A stretch of 58,280 bases of DNA, filler included, from Piptocephalis cylindrospora (lineage: Eukaryota): NCBI GenBank assembly GCA_003614145.1. It is 3 parts of 3 records of this genome, joined end to end, with 100 filler letters (N's around TTAATTAATTAA, not from the genome) between each part and the next. Parts side by side here need not be neighbours in the genome. Positions count along the whole stretch, not along the records: positions 1 to 19,497 come from KZ987820.1; positions 19,598 to 38,917 come from KZ987822.1; 1 more part is not named here. The stretch is one strand, 5' to 3'. The position numbers and the translations under genes were made by a program. Below, piece by piece: positions 11,401 through 22,944 of this stretch. The notes beneath the pieces are model-generated. The model was not told the origin of the DNA, did not search any database, and saw only the letters and a program-made list of their open reading frames with translations. Every line of letters begins with the position of its first letter. The stretch's first letter is position 1.

Positions 11401-14400
11401 CCGTCGTATCTATCTGGAGGCAAGGTCCAAACTGAGCTCTGCTCCCTACCGTCGTGTCCCCACTGACCCCACTCTTCGCACTGGCGATCCTCGCTCTATT
11501 CCTCGCATCCTCTCCCTTTCTTGGGGCGAGGGTCGGAGAAATCGGGATGGAGTTGAGGCCATCATCCTTGGGGGCGATGGAAGAATCCGAGCTCACGCTG
11601 CCTTCCCTGACCTTCGAGATCATGTTCATCAACTCTCTTTCATTTCCTTGATGCGTCAGCACACCCCAGACTTGGTTCTCATTTCCGGCTTTGGCGTCTC
11701 CACTCGTCGACTTCTTGATCAGGTCCGACAGCTTGTTCAGGCCGAGTTCCCCACCATGCTTGCCCAGGCCTATGAGGAGCGACAGACCAGGAAATCCAAG
11801 TTGCTCGGAGAGCCCAATCAAAATCAGGGCCAAAGTCAGGATGGAGGATGGGGTTCTGATACTCAGAATGACTCTCCATCTTCCAATCAGCTCATGCCCC
11901 CTATTGAACTGGGTCAAGATGAGACGGCCCTTTTGTACCTCGAGAGCCCTCGTGCCTATCGGGAGGTCCCTGGATGGTCTCGTGTGGCCAAGTTGTGTCT
12001 AGGGGTGGCCAGACGTCATCAATGCCCTGCCCGGGAGTTTTCTATTCTTGGACTCGATAGCATCCGTCTCCTTCATTGGCACGCTCTTCAGCACCTGGTA
12101 AGTGGAATAACTCTCCTTTTTTTTGGACTTATATCCCTTCTACCTTATCATCATCAAGATTAATTGATCATCCCTTCCCCTTTACTCCATCGTCTTCATA
12201 GATCCCTCAGGATCAGTTGGTCGAGTATTTGGAAAGGGCGTTGGTGGATGCAGTGAGCGAATTGGGTGTGAATGTGAATGAGGTGGCATTATCAGCCTTG
12301 GCAACAGCCCCAGTCGCAGCCAACTCCCTTACAACGGCTGCTGTCTTTTCTCCACTGCCTCTTCCCCGGATGATTGGATCCACCCCGAACCTGGCCTCAG
12401 CCTCCGAGGTTTCAGAAGGGGAGGGAGGGAAAGAACCTTTTTACGGAGGGGAGGGGGCTATTGCCATGTTTCAGTATGTCCCGGGTATGGGCCCTCGTAA
12501 GGTCGCAGCCTTGATCAAGCGTATGCGCCTTCAAGCCCGCTCTGCTGGTGGAGGGACCCCTTCGGCCCTTCAGCGTCTTCAAAGGCTTCGAACTCGTCCA
12601 GGCTCCCGTCAGCGCTCTATGAGCTCCCGCAGACGCCGCCGTCGGGCCCAGGACTCTGAGGATTGGGATGAGGAAGATGAGGACGATTACGATGAGGATG
12701 ATTATTCCTCGCAGTTTCACCCCTCTCGCCAGGGTAACACCCCCTCTGGGGCTGATCGGGAGCCCATCCCAGACCCAGATACAGAGGATGAAGAGATAAC
12801 CCGGGAGAAGGAGGAGGAGGAGGAGAGGCTCGAAGGCTCGGGGCTCATCATCCCTTCCTTGCGTTCCCGCACCGATCTAATCACCCTTAAGCTCATGGGT
12901 AAGTGGGTGTTCATGAATGCCGCTCCCTTTCTTCGTCTTCGTGGCGGCGTGGATGTTCTAGATGCCACGAGGATCCACCCAGCCGATTATGAGCTTGCCC
13001 GGAAGATGGCAGCCAATGCCAGGGATGAGGAGGAGGCAGATCCAGGGGCTCTGCATCCCTCAGACATTGTCCGGGCCCTCCAGGATCGTGGGGAGACTGG
13101 GCGGCTCAATGAGCTCAACCTCAAGGATTACGCGGATATGCTCGAGGCGCGTTTCCACCAGCCCAAACGAGCCATTCTTGAAGCCATTAAAGTGGAGTTG
13201 CAAGTGCCGTATCGGGATCACCGGAGCGCTTGGACTCCTCTCGGACCCTCCCAAGCCTTTTCTCTTCTTTCTCGGACCACTGACGCCACTTTGCACCCTG
13301 GAGTGGTAGCACTTATCCGCGTTACTGGGACCCGGGATGCTCCTGATGGCGGCCGTATCGTTCATGGGGTCCTGGAAAGCGGGTTAGATGTGGTGGTTAG
13401 ACCCGAACTACAGCCCCCGCCCCAGGGTGGAGGCATGGAGAGGACGGGGATCTATACCCCTGGTCAGATGGTACGTGGAGTGGTGACGAACATTCTCAAG
13501 GAGCGCTTCCTCGTCGAAGCCTCATTTCGGCCAGAAGATGTAGCCTCGGCCATCAATCTGGCCGCTCGTGGTCTGCACGTGGATCCGGCGTTTGATCGGG
13601 AGGCCGAGGAGCGGGATACTCGGAGGAGAGCTGCGGCTCGGCATCGTGCCAAGGTCCGGCAGCAGCAACGGCGTCGTGTCCTCAACCATCCCCTCTTCCG
13701 CCAGGCCTCCACCAACGAGGCCGAATCCTACCTTGCGGACAAGGCTCCTGGAGATTGCGTAATTCGTGGATCCTCCCGAGGTACTGATCATATTGCCGTA
13801 ACCTGGAAAGTGGCTCAGGGGATTTATGAACATCTGGATGTTGTGGAGAAAGACAAGCCTAATGAGTACTCGATGGGTCAGCGACTCCTCGTGGGGTCCT
13901 TTGAGTACGCCGATCTGGACGATTTGGTGGTTAACCACGTGGAGGCCATGTCCAAGTTGGTCAATGAACTAGCCAAGCACCCTCGATGTGTCTCTACTCC
14001 CTCTCTGGATGCTCTTCGTAAGTCACTGTCCCTTCTTATACTTATTACAGGATGAATAGCATGATCTCATCTGCTCTCTTTCTTGTCCCTCATTAGATAC
14101 TGTCCTCAACAATCGAGTTATGGCTCAGGAAGGAAGGGTAGCGTATGGCTTTTGCCTCAACTCAGAACGGGCTGGAACCTTTTATTTGTCCTGGAAGTAC
14201 AAGTTAGGGAGTGATCCCGTAGACTGGGTATGTATCACCCGTTGCTCAGCGGAGGAAGGTGGGCATGGGAATATGTGAGCAATTTTGACTCGTGAAAGCG
14301 CCAGAAACTCATTTATTTTCTCTTTAATAGGTTGTCAAGGTTAACCCTGGTGGGTACATTCTCAATAAACTTCAGTATCCTAGTGTAGGAAAGCTGTTGG

Positions 14401-15002
14401 AGGGCTTCAAGAAGCAAGGAGAGGAATTGAGGCGCAAGTCTATGCAAAGGTCGGCAGCGGCAGCGGCAGCCTCGGCAACTGCAGCGGCTCCGTCCTCTCG
14501 ATCCATGGCTGCTCCGTCCTCTCGATCCATGGCTGCTCCGCCTTCTCGATCCATGGCTGCCCCTCCCCCCCGGTCCATGGCTGCCCCTCCCCCGCCCCCC
14601 CCACCTCATCACATGGTTCCTCCTCAGCATGCTGCTGGATCGAGGATGGGCCCTGGAGGATACCAGCCACCTCCAACAGCCTCCTTTGCCGCTTCCCAAC
14701 ATGGAGGCCCTCCCCCTGGCCGTGGTGGGGTGACCGGGAGTAATGGGGTGCCCTTGTCCAACTTGGGGCACCCAGGTCGTGGGGCTGGTGCTCCTCATGG
14801 TATGGGGTATGGGATGGCGCCGCCTCCTCCCCCGCCTCCTTCGGCTTCCTTTGGTATCGAAGGTGGGGGTATGGGCCGTGGTGGCCCTGGAGGAATGATG
14901 CCCCCTCCCCCTGCTTCCAGCGTTCTTTCTCAGCAACAAACTGGTCCATCCCGTGGTCCATCCCATCCCTCTTTCCATCATCCTCCTCCCGGAAGAAGAT
15001 GA
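8498..15002 (+). CDS. SPT6: Transcription elongation factor / histone chaperone Spt6
   Basis: Acidic N-terminus (DLDEDDLELLRENTG, FKRLKRG), VFEPAILAERMLT..DEEIRIRDEPER, YqgF-like region, HhH (QYVPGMGPRK), LDATRIHPADYELARKMA, S1 domain and SH2 (GDCVIRGSSRGTDHIAVTWKV). Introns ~8927-9037, ~12097-12201, ~14018-14096, ~14228-14330. Confidence 0.95.
14484..14586 (+). repeat. In-frame 24-bp tandem repeat (AAP[S/P][S/P]RSM) x4 in the Spt6 C-terminal tail
   Basis: GCTCCGTCCTCTCGATCCATGGCT units with progressive divergence. Confidence 0.85.
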
Positions 15003-15203
15003 GTGGGAAGGTATGGCCTGGAATTAGGGATGATCCAGAGGCTAATCCGCATGCACGGGAGAAAAAAAGGATGGCGAGCATTAGCATGGGAGAAATGATC
15101 AGGAATTTGGAGAGTGTTTTCACCTGAGGAAGAGAGAAAAGGTGCCTATTGACAGGATTTTGGTTTTCATCCATCTCCACTATCTTTTTATATTGCCTTG
15201 TTA

Positions 15204-15321
15204 ATGATGATAAAGCCCATTATATTTCCCCGATGGGGTAGGCATGGAGACATCCGAGCGCATCACCGCCCATAGGGCTGGCCTGCGTGGTACCAGGGGC
15301 GTACTCCTGACGTGTACCTGA
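15204..15321 (-). mobile_element. Full-length copy of the dispersed ~120-bp repeat
   Basis: ATGATGATAAAGCCCATTATATTTCCCCGATGGGGTAGGC...CATCCGA...GCGTGGTACCAGGGGC...CGTGTACCTGA; aligns with the copies at 3969, 4183 and 41570. Confidence 0.6.
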
Positions 15322-16401
15322 TATTTTAGAACAAGGGATCATCCGGATGGGCGATCTACATGATCATTCTAATCAAATGGAACATAATCTAGTCCTCCAG
15401 GAAAACCGCTTCGTTATGGTTGAACTCTCTTATGCGTATGCTCTCCTGCATCTGGGTCATCCATGCTCAAAGCCTACTGTTTCCATGCATCAACGGGTCT
15501 TTGCACATAGAATCAGTTAGACAAAGGTAGTGGTCTATCTTGCTCTCCATTCCGTTCATCTTACTGGTATACGCTTTGCCCTTTAAAAATGCCTTAAAAA
15601 TTATATACCTTCTGAACAAGATGACCTTTTTTTACCCGCTAGGTGCATAGGGAAGGGTAAATGGGCCAATCAGCGCGTTTAGGATATCTCGCGACAATTG
15701 GGCCAAGCGGTGCACTTTTCCTGCTCCATGTATTCCGCACACATTTCCTCTCCCTATACTCCTGGAGAAGGCACTGTCTGTGCTTCTCTCTCGCAGTATG
15801 TGTGAGGAGTACAAAGACACACACGAATGCACGCGCTAAGGAGTAAGCTCAGGCTTCCCCCCCTGCTGGCCAGGCCCTCTGGCTAACTGGGCTGCCCACC
15901 GCCATGCCTCCACATCAAGCCGGATCGACTAAGTGCTTGTGTGGGGCTGTGTGCTACTTGCTGGGGGGAGAAAGTCCATTGAGTTTGATGGCCCTTCACT
16001 TTCCGTTTCCCCTCTACCAACATACTGACTCGTAGTAGTATAAAAGTCCCCGCCATAGCCCATTCATCCACACGCACACATACGCACCCTCTGGTCTCCA
16101 CTTTCTCCTACTCTTTTCCTCAATCCTTTCTTCTTCCAGTTGTGATAAGCAAGCTCTCGGTTTGATTTGAAAAGGTATCCTTGACCCGGATCTGGCTTAT
16201 CCTATCTATTATCTTATCCATCTTCCCATCCTCCCTGGATAGCTCCATCGCCTCACACATCTTTTCCCGAGATCCCCGCTGCTTCTCCCTCCCAATCTAC
16301 ACATTTCACTCGCTCACCCAGAAAAGGAAAAAGGCCTCTGCGATCTTTTCCGGTTGTACTACCTTCCCATACACACTCTAGCGCCTTCATCCACCCTCAT
16401 C

Positions 16402-19086
16402 ATGAGTCAACTTCACGTCCACGGCGATTCGGCCGGCGAAGAGGAGATGTGTCCCATTTGCTGCAACGACATTGACTTGTCAGATCGCAACTTCTATCCC
16501 TGCGAATGTGGCTTTCAGGTAAGAAATGGGTCATTTCTTCTTATTCACGATCAGATCTCACCACTCACCTTTTCTTCCATTCCGTCCCTGCGTGTAGGTT
16601 TGTCGATTTTGCTGGAGCAGGATCAAAAATGATATGAATGGCTTGTGCCCGTCCTGCCGACGTGTCTATACCGAGCAACCCTATGAATTTACCCCTGTTA
16701 GCATAGAAGAGTACGTACCCTACCCTTGCTCTAATGGGGGTGATGAGGGAAAGAAAGGAGGCGCTTCGGCTTAGTCTTACCCTCTCCATTTCCTCTTTCC
16801 CAGGGTAAATCGAATCAAGTTGGAGAAAAAGGCCAAGGAACGCGCACAACGAGAAGCTGAGGCAAGAGCAAGACAAAGCTTGGCCAACGCCCGCATCTTA
16901 CAAAGGAATCTTGTTTACGTTACCAATATGCTTGGTCGACACACCATTGATGAGGTAGGACTCGTTGATTTAGGAGTGATTCTTCGTCTCGTAAGGAAGC
17001 GCCAGGGACATTGCATCATGCAGGCTCATTCCCCCCTTTCCCCTCTCTCTGAATCATCCCTTGATAGAGTACGCTGAAAAGTAATGATTTTTTCGGTCAA
17101 TTTGGCAAGATTCACAAGTTATCCACGGGGAAGGCAAGTAAAGCCAGCGCGAATGCGAGTCTTACTGCTTCTACATCCTCCACCCCTGCTACCGCTGCTT
17201 CCTCTTCCACTACCTCCACCTCAATCACTTCCTCTCCCGCACCTCCCACCTCCATCACCACCTCTATTGCAATCTACATCACCTATGCTACCGCTGAGGA
17301 GGCTAAAAGATGTGTGGATGCGGTGAATGGCTCAAAGTTCGATGGGAGGACCATCCGAGCTTGTTTTGGCACCACAAAATACTGCTCCAGTTACTTGGCT
17401 CGACAACCTTGCACTGTTCCTCATTGTACCTTCCTTCATGAGGAAGGCGAGGAGGTGGATCCTGCTGCCGTTACCAATGCTGCTGCCAGCTCTCTGGGTC
17501 TTGGACAATCCGACGACCTTTTGGGACAGACTGGGCCCATGCCAGTGTAAGTGATGTGTGTGTGTGTCCATGACATACTTTGAAACAGCTGTAGCTAGGT
17601 GCATCATCTCATTTCGTTACACCTCACCTTACCTCACCTCATTCCATCTCCACTCCCCTATTTCTTCCACCTATTCAATAGTGGGTTCAACCTTCGGGAT
17701 CACCCTGCATTTAACGAATTACGACGTGGACGTGGTGCAAGTCATCCCTCGACTTCCTTGAATGCCCCATCCTTGACTACGGGGCCAGCCTCGTCCCATG
17801 GGGCTTCCCCTTCAAATCGAACGGCTGAAGGTGCTGGTGGACGAATAGGCCCCGCAGGGCCTTCCTCGTCCACTTCCTCTCCCCTGGTTGGGACATCAGA
17901 TGATCTTACAGGAACAGCTGATTCATCCTCTTCTGCACCTACTTTCATTCCCACGCAGGTTCTGGGTCTGGAATACACGAGATCCTTGGCCAAGAGGGAG
18001 GATGAACGTCCAGCGCTACCCGCGTCAGCGTCCTGGGCTAGGCCGGGCTCCAGTGGGGCTCCGGGCGGTGGTGTTGCTGGGACAAGTGGGGCAAAACCGG
18101 GAAAGTCCGCACTTGGTTCCCTTGGCTTACCCACCTCCTCCACCCTGGCTGGATCCTCCTTACTTCAAGACACCGATTTTCCCACTGTGGGTTCTACCCC
18201 GGTACAAGCCACCTCAAACCCCTCATCTCCTGCTGCACGTACCTCCTCTCTTTCTGGAACCGTTCCCACTGTTCTCAATCCCGGCGATCGCTTGAGGCGA
18301 GCCACCACGTCTGATGCTCTTCGGCGACCTCTGGACCCGGTCACCCGTTCCGTAACCGCAACCTCTTCTCAGTACAAGGGCCCTTCCTTATCAGATCCTG
18401 TGGCCTTCCCTTCCATAGGCAATGGTGCAGGAGCGGAGAAATCATCCACTGGAGGCTTCACGGGCTCTCCACAACGTCGGCATGAAATTCTCCATCGTAC
18501 TCATATTGCTGGGCCGTCCGAGGCTGCTTGGAAAACCTCCTCTTCCTCCTCCCCCTCCTCCCAACCTGCCGCTGCCTCATCCCCTTCAAGTTCTCTTTCA
18601 CCTCCTGGTTCCGGGGGTCGATCTTCATCCACTATTCGGATTAGTGGAGGCTCAGTAGGTGGCCCTCCAAGGCCTTATAGAACCGGCAGTGGGAAGGGCG
18701 GACTTTCTGCAAGCGAGGACCTAGGCTCCTCCTCTCTCCTGCCCCATGGGGTTAAAGTGGGCTCCCATGTCCGGAGGATTAGGCTTGCTGGAGAGGATAC
18801 CTCCAATGACAAGCGCTCCACTTCCAAGGTTTTTAAGGTCCTACGCATTGGTTCTGGAGGGATCATTGCCAAAGCCGCCGATGATGAAGACAGTAGTTCC
18901 CGAATAAGAGACAAGGAAGGCACTTTTACCTTTGCTCCCCCCAACCCCGATGTCGATAGCTGGGAAGCCCTAGTATCCGATGAGGAGGAGGAAGGAGATA
19001 AGGAAGCAGAGGAGGTGGAGACGATTGACTTGGAGATTGTAGAGCCCATTGCCATCAAAACGTGTAGGGAAGTTGGTACCTCCTGA
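16402..19086 (+). CDS. NOT4: CCR4-NOT E3 ligase subunit Not4/Mot2 (C4C4 RING, RRM, CCCH zinc finger); 3' end disrupted by an inversion next to the gap
   Basis: CPICCNDIDLSDRNFYPCECGFQ|VCRFCWSRIK...CPSCRR, RILQRNLVYV, FFGQFGKI, GRTIRACFGTTKYCSSYL..C...C.FLHE. Four GT-AG introns. Confidence 0.93.
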
Positions 19087-19497
19087 GAAGGCTCTGGATC
19101 CCTTCTATCGCCTTGGTATCTCATTGGCTGGCCAAGAATCCTTAAATCTGGATAAAGAGTAGGGATCCCATCAATGGGAGAAATTCTGTTGGCTTGCACA
19201 GGGGACCAACGACTGCGCGGGCTTCCTCTAAACGGATCAGGGGCACCAGTGAAGGCTGTACCAATGGATCTGGCGGCAAGAACAATTCGATGAATGGTCT
19301 CCATACTAGGAAGGGGCGGGAATGGGCGATTCGAATCAGGAACAGCGGTGCCTTCACCCTGTACAGATGTGAGGGGTGGGCCAGAATCTCCTACTTGATC
19401 CACATTGATGTCCGAGGCGGCAGGGGTAGGAAGGATCATTGGGGAGGTACCAACTTCCCTACACGTTTTGATGGCAATGGGCTCTACAATCTCCAAG
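19029..19497. repeat. 55-bp perfect inverted repeat (19029-19083 / 19443-19497) bracketing an inverted coding segment
   Basis: Arms are exact reverse complements. The minus strand reads LEIVEPIAIKTCREVGTS-PMILPTPAASD..., continuing the Not4 frame. Confidence 0.9.
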
Positions 19498-19597
19498 NNN
19501 NNNNNNNNNNNNNNNNNNNNNNNNNNNNNNNNNNNNNNNNNTTAATTAATTAANNNNNNNNNNNNNNNNNNNNNNNNNNNNNNNNNNNNNNNNNNNN
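19498..19597. other. Assembly gap with artificial TTAATTAATTAA six-frame stop linker
   Basis: 44 N + TTAATTAATTAA (19542-19553) + 44 N; the same structure occurs at 38918-39017. Confidence 0.97.
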
Positions 19598-19893
19598 CCC
19601 CAGTCCTTCTTGCCTTGCGCTATCCCTCCTCTCCTCACTGCCTCCCTCCTCTTTCCCTCTACACTCTACACTCTACCCTCTCCCTCGTCTTTGTCCCCAG
19701 CACGGCGTCTCGTCTTGACCAAAGCTGAGCTTTTGGCCTTCATACACTCTGATTTTCCTTTGCCATCCATCTCTCCCACCCCTGGTCGATCCAGGTCTTT
19801 CTTTCCTCTTATCCCCTCTTTCCTTTCCTCCCTCCCCCCATCCTACTTTCTCTTTCTTCTTCGCCCTTCCCCCATTTATTCCAAGAGATATTC

Positions 19894-22800
19894 ATGTCCA
19901 GTAAGCGACAATCTCTTCTCTTGGACTTTGTCCCCGAGGGTGGCCAATCCCTCGATCATACCCCCTCCTCTTCTTCCTCAGTCACTCTAACCTCTCCGAT
20001 CCGTCGATCAAAAAGCTCCTCCTCCCCGACCTCTCGTGCATCCACCCTTCTTCTCCCCTCAGACCCTCCCCAGCTTCCCTCCATCCAGTATCCCATCCCC
20101 CAGGATTCCCCTTCCTCTCTCACCCCTCCTACCCCTCCCCTCACCCAGGCACTTTCATCTCACTTTGTCGTCCAGATTCGGTACCAACGTGGGTCAAATC
20201 GCCTGCGATGCTCTCTGGTTGTCCATTCGGGTATGACTGTGCGTCAAGGCGTCGAAAGTGCCTGCCGTTTCTTTGGCCTCACTGAGGACTGGAACTTTTG
20301 CTTCTGGGATGGTCGATCTTCCTCCTGGCTGCACGATTGGCTCTCCATCGATTCCTACCCTCTTGGAGTCCTAGACAGTCTATTTGTCCGGGGGAAATCC
20401 GCCGATTACCATGAGCCCTCCGCCTCCTGCACCTCATTTTCCTCCCCATTCGACTCTTCCCTTCCCCAAAATTCAACCATCCCCCCGGCCACCTCCCTCA
20501 CTACCGCATCCACCTCTTCTGCTTCCACCGCCGCTGGTGCCCGTCGAAACAAATCCTTCTCCACTCGTATCTCCTCCTCCTCCCTTGGTCAGCTCCTCTT
20601 CTCGCGAAAGCAGCCCTTTGAGCTTAGACTTCGCCCTCATACCCTATACCTCTGCATTGCCCTCTTTGACCCCCAGGATCGTCTCCTAATGACCCCCACA
20701 GGGCTTCTTCCCACCCTTCCTATCGTCTCAGCCGATGTCTTCAAGGACATGGGTATGGAGGTGGAGGGAGACACCTTTGCCTGGATAGCCCGCACCATCC
20801 TTACCTGGGGAGAAAATCAAGGAAAACTTGAAGGAGAGATGGGAAAGGCAGGATCTAGGAGCAGTGCTTGCCCCAACCTTGGTCAGGGCCTCTCTTCCCC
20901 TTCCCTCCACACCGCCACCTCTTCTCCTTCCAATCCCCAACCGTCTTCTCGATGGTCCCCCCTTTCCCTCTTACCAGGAAGGACCAATCGGGATAGCATA
21001 GAATCAGTCAATCCCGGGGTGGCCTCTAGCTCCGCCTCTATCTCCTCCTCCTCCTCCTCTGCCTCCACCTCACATCATATCATCCTTCCTCCCGCCCATA
21101 CTACCCATTACCCTCAAGAAGAGTCACCCAGGGAACGGTTGGAGACCATGGTGCGAGAGGTTTTTCCCTCAGTCCTCGCGGACCTCTTACGGATCCTGGG
21201 CCTAGATCAGCCGGGCTACCTTCACGACCTACCCATGGCCCTTCCTCACGTCCAAGACTCCCGACTCATCCTCTTGCACCAGTATGCTGGCCCTCGGTTA
21301 CGTCGGGCCCTGGAGGGGGACGATGTGGTGAAGAAGGGTAATGTGCGATGGAGACTCCCAGAGCGGCTGGATGATGCCACCTACGGTGGGGCGTTTAGTG
21401 CCTCCTTCCGCTCTCAATGCATTGGCTCTTCTATGCAGACCCGGAAACGCTCCTCATCTAACCCTGGTCTTGCAGCACCCACTCCAGATCCGCAGGCGCC
21501 TTCACCTACCCAGGACTCCCGGCAAACCCCGGCTCTCCTTTCCCCCCCGACTTCACCCACAAGGTCCAGGGCTCATGGTAAGACCCCGTGGGATGGTGGG
21601 GGCCCAGGTCATGCCAGTACATCGGCCCTGGACGCCATGGTCGTTGACCTCATCCCTGGACCTTACTTTAACAACTTTCCCACCTTTCCCCCTCCCTACC
21701 ACCTCCATCATCAAGACAAGGAGGTTGGTAAGGGCCGTACCTCTAGGAATTCCCCCTCGCCCACGCCTCCATCGGACCCATCGGACCCATCCTTCTCCTC
21801 CAGGCCCTACCCTATGTGGCGGGAAATCCTGTCGGGCCTACATGCCCGGTCCTCTAGCCTCGGGGGAGGGTTGTATCTCGGGCTTATGTACACCGAGAAC
21901 ACGTTACAATCCATCAACATGCTGTTGCCGAAGCGGAGAAGGACCCTACCTCCCCTGGTGAAGATTCGGGATTCACAGGATCTATCGGAAGAGGAGGTGG
22001 CTTGGATGATCTGTGTCCATTCGGGAGCTCACACCCTCCCGGGTATCTCTCTCTCTGAACTCACCGCTTCCGTCCCGGCCACATCGACCTCCCCTAGTCA
22101 GCCCCATTCCAGATCCCACTCCACATCAGGCACTTCCTATGTCTCCACCTCGGCCTCATCCTGCCACTCAACGACAGAATCGTCCTATGGGCTGGTTGGA
22201 TCTTTTGCCGTTGAGTTTACTCTAGCCTACCGTCTTCTCCAACAACGGACCCAGCTAGATTGGTCCCCCAAGGATATTTATACCCATGGGACCATCTCGG
22301 TTGATGCAGCGGGGCTCCGTCTCGCATCAGACCCGATTCGTCCATGTCATGCCCGGATCATCCTTATTGTCAAGCCCATGCGTCCCGTCCAAGATGGATT
22401 GGACCGGACATTTGATCGATCCAAATTCGACATGTATCCTCTACCCCTCTTTGAGACCTTGCACCTCCATACCCAGGCTCCCCTGGAAACTCGGAGAATT
22501 GGGAGGCTGACAACAGCTCTTCAGGGCCAGCTTCAGGATCGAAAGGCCCAGCTTTTGGCACTGCAACGGGCGGAGAACGCTCTGGCGGAAGAACTAAATG
22601 GAGTATCCTCCCCGACAGCAGGAAACGGAGAAGTAAATAGTGGAGGTAGTGAGAGCGATGCTGATCATCGGATGAGTCTTGCCGAATTGTTTGCCTCTCC
22701 CTCCGCCTCCCCCGCTCCCTCCTGCAGGCCATCCCTATCCTTTCCGATCTCCCGATCGTCCTCCAGGTCCAGTCGAACCGCCACCACCCCCGAGTCATCT

Positions 22801-22944
22801 TTCCTAGTCGGGGAGGTGGAGAGGCTCGCCGAGGAGATTCATTTGCTTCGGGCCCAAAGTACGGCTAATTTATGGACGCGGGAAATCATCCTTTGGGATC
22901 GAAACCGACAGCATGACCGGCTCCTTCCTAATGGTACGCCCTAG
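19894..22944 (+). CDS. 1016-aa protein: N-terminal FERM-F0/ubiquitin-like domain plus ANKFN1/WAKE-like conserved core
   Basis: Intronless long ORF (high confidence as a CDS). Domain calls rest on recalled motif similarity only; see findings. Confidence 0.7.
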   Translation: MSSKRQSLLLDFVPEGGQSLDHTPSSSSSVTLTSPIRRSKSSSSPTSRASTLLLPSDPPQLPSIQYPIPQDSPSSLTPPTPPLTQALSSHFVVQIRYQRGSNRLRCSLVVHSGMTVRQGVESACRFFGLTEDWNFCFWDGRSSSWLHDWLSIDSYPLGVLDSLFVRGKSADYHEPSASCTSFSSPFDSSLPQNSTIPPATSLTTASTSSASTAAGARRNKSFSTRISSSSLGQLLFSRKQPFELRLRPHTLYLCIALFDPQDRLLMTPTGLLPTLPIVSADVFKDMGMEVEGDTFAWIARTILTWGENQGKLEGEMGKAGSRSSACPNLGQGLSSPSLHTATSSPSNPQPSSRWSPLSLLPGRTNRDSIESVNPGVASSSASISSSSSSASTSHHIILPPAHTTHYPQEESPRERLETMVREVFPSVLADLLRILGLDQPGYLHDLPMALPHVQDSRLILLHQYAGPRLRRALEGDDVVKKGNVRWRLPERLDDATYGGAFSASFRSQCIGSSMQTRKRSSSNPGLAAPTPDPQAPSPTQDSRQTPALLSPPTSPTRSRAHGKTPWDGGGPGHASTSALDAMVVDLIPGPYFNNFPTFPPPYHLHHQDKEVGKGRTSRNSPSPTPPSDPSDPSFSSRPYPMWREILSGLHARSSSLGGGLYLGLMYTENTLQSINMLLPKRRRTLPPLVKIRDSQDLSEEEVAWMICVHSGAHTLPGISLSELTASVPATSTSPSQPHSRSHSTSGTSYVSTSASSCHSTTESSYGLVGSFAVEFTLAYRLLQQRTQLDWSPKDIYTHGTISVDAAGLRLASDPIRPCHARIILIVKPMRPVQDGLDRTFDRSKFDMYPLPLFETLHLHTQAPLETRRIGRLTTALQGQLQDRKAQLLALQRAENALAEELNGVSSPTAGNGEVNSGGSESDADHRMSLAELFASPSASPAPSCRPSLSFPISRSSSRSSRTATTPESSFLVGEVERLAEEIHLLRAQSTANLWTREIILWDRNRQHDRLLPNGTP

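Noticed and set aside
19542..19553. TTAATTAATTAA palindromic island inside N runs (also 38962-38973)
   Set aside because: Identical in both gaps and centred in exactly 100 bp: an artificial six-frame stop linker, not biology.
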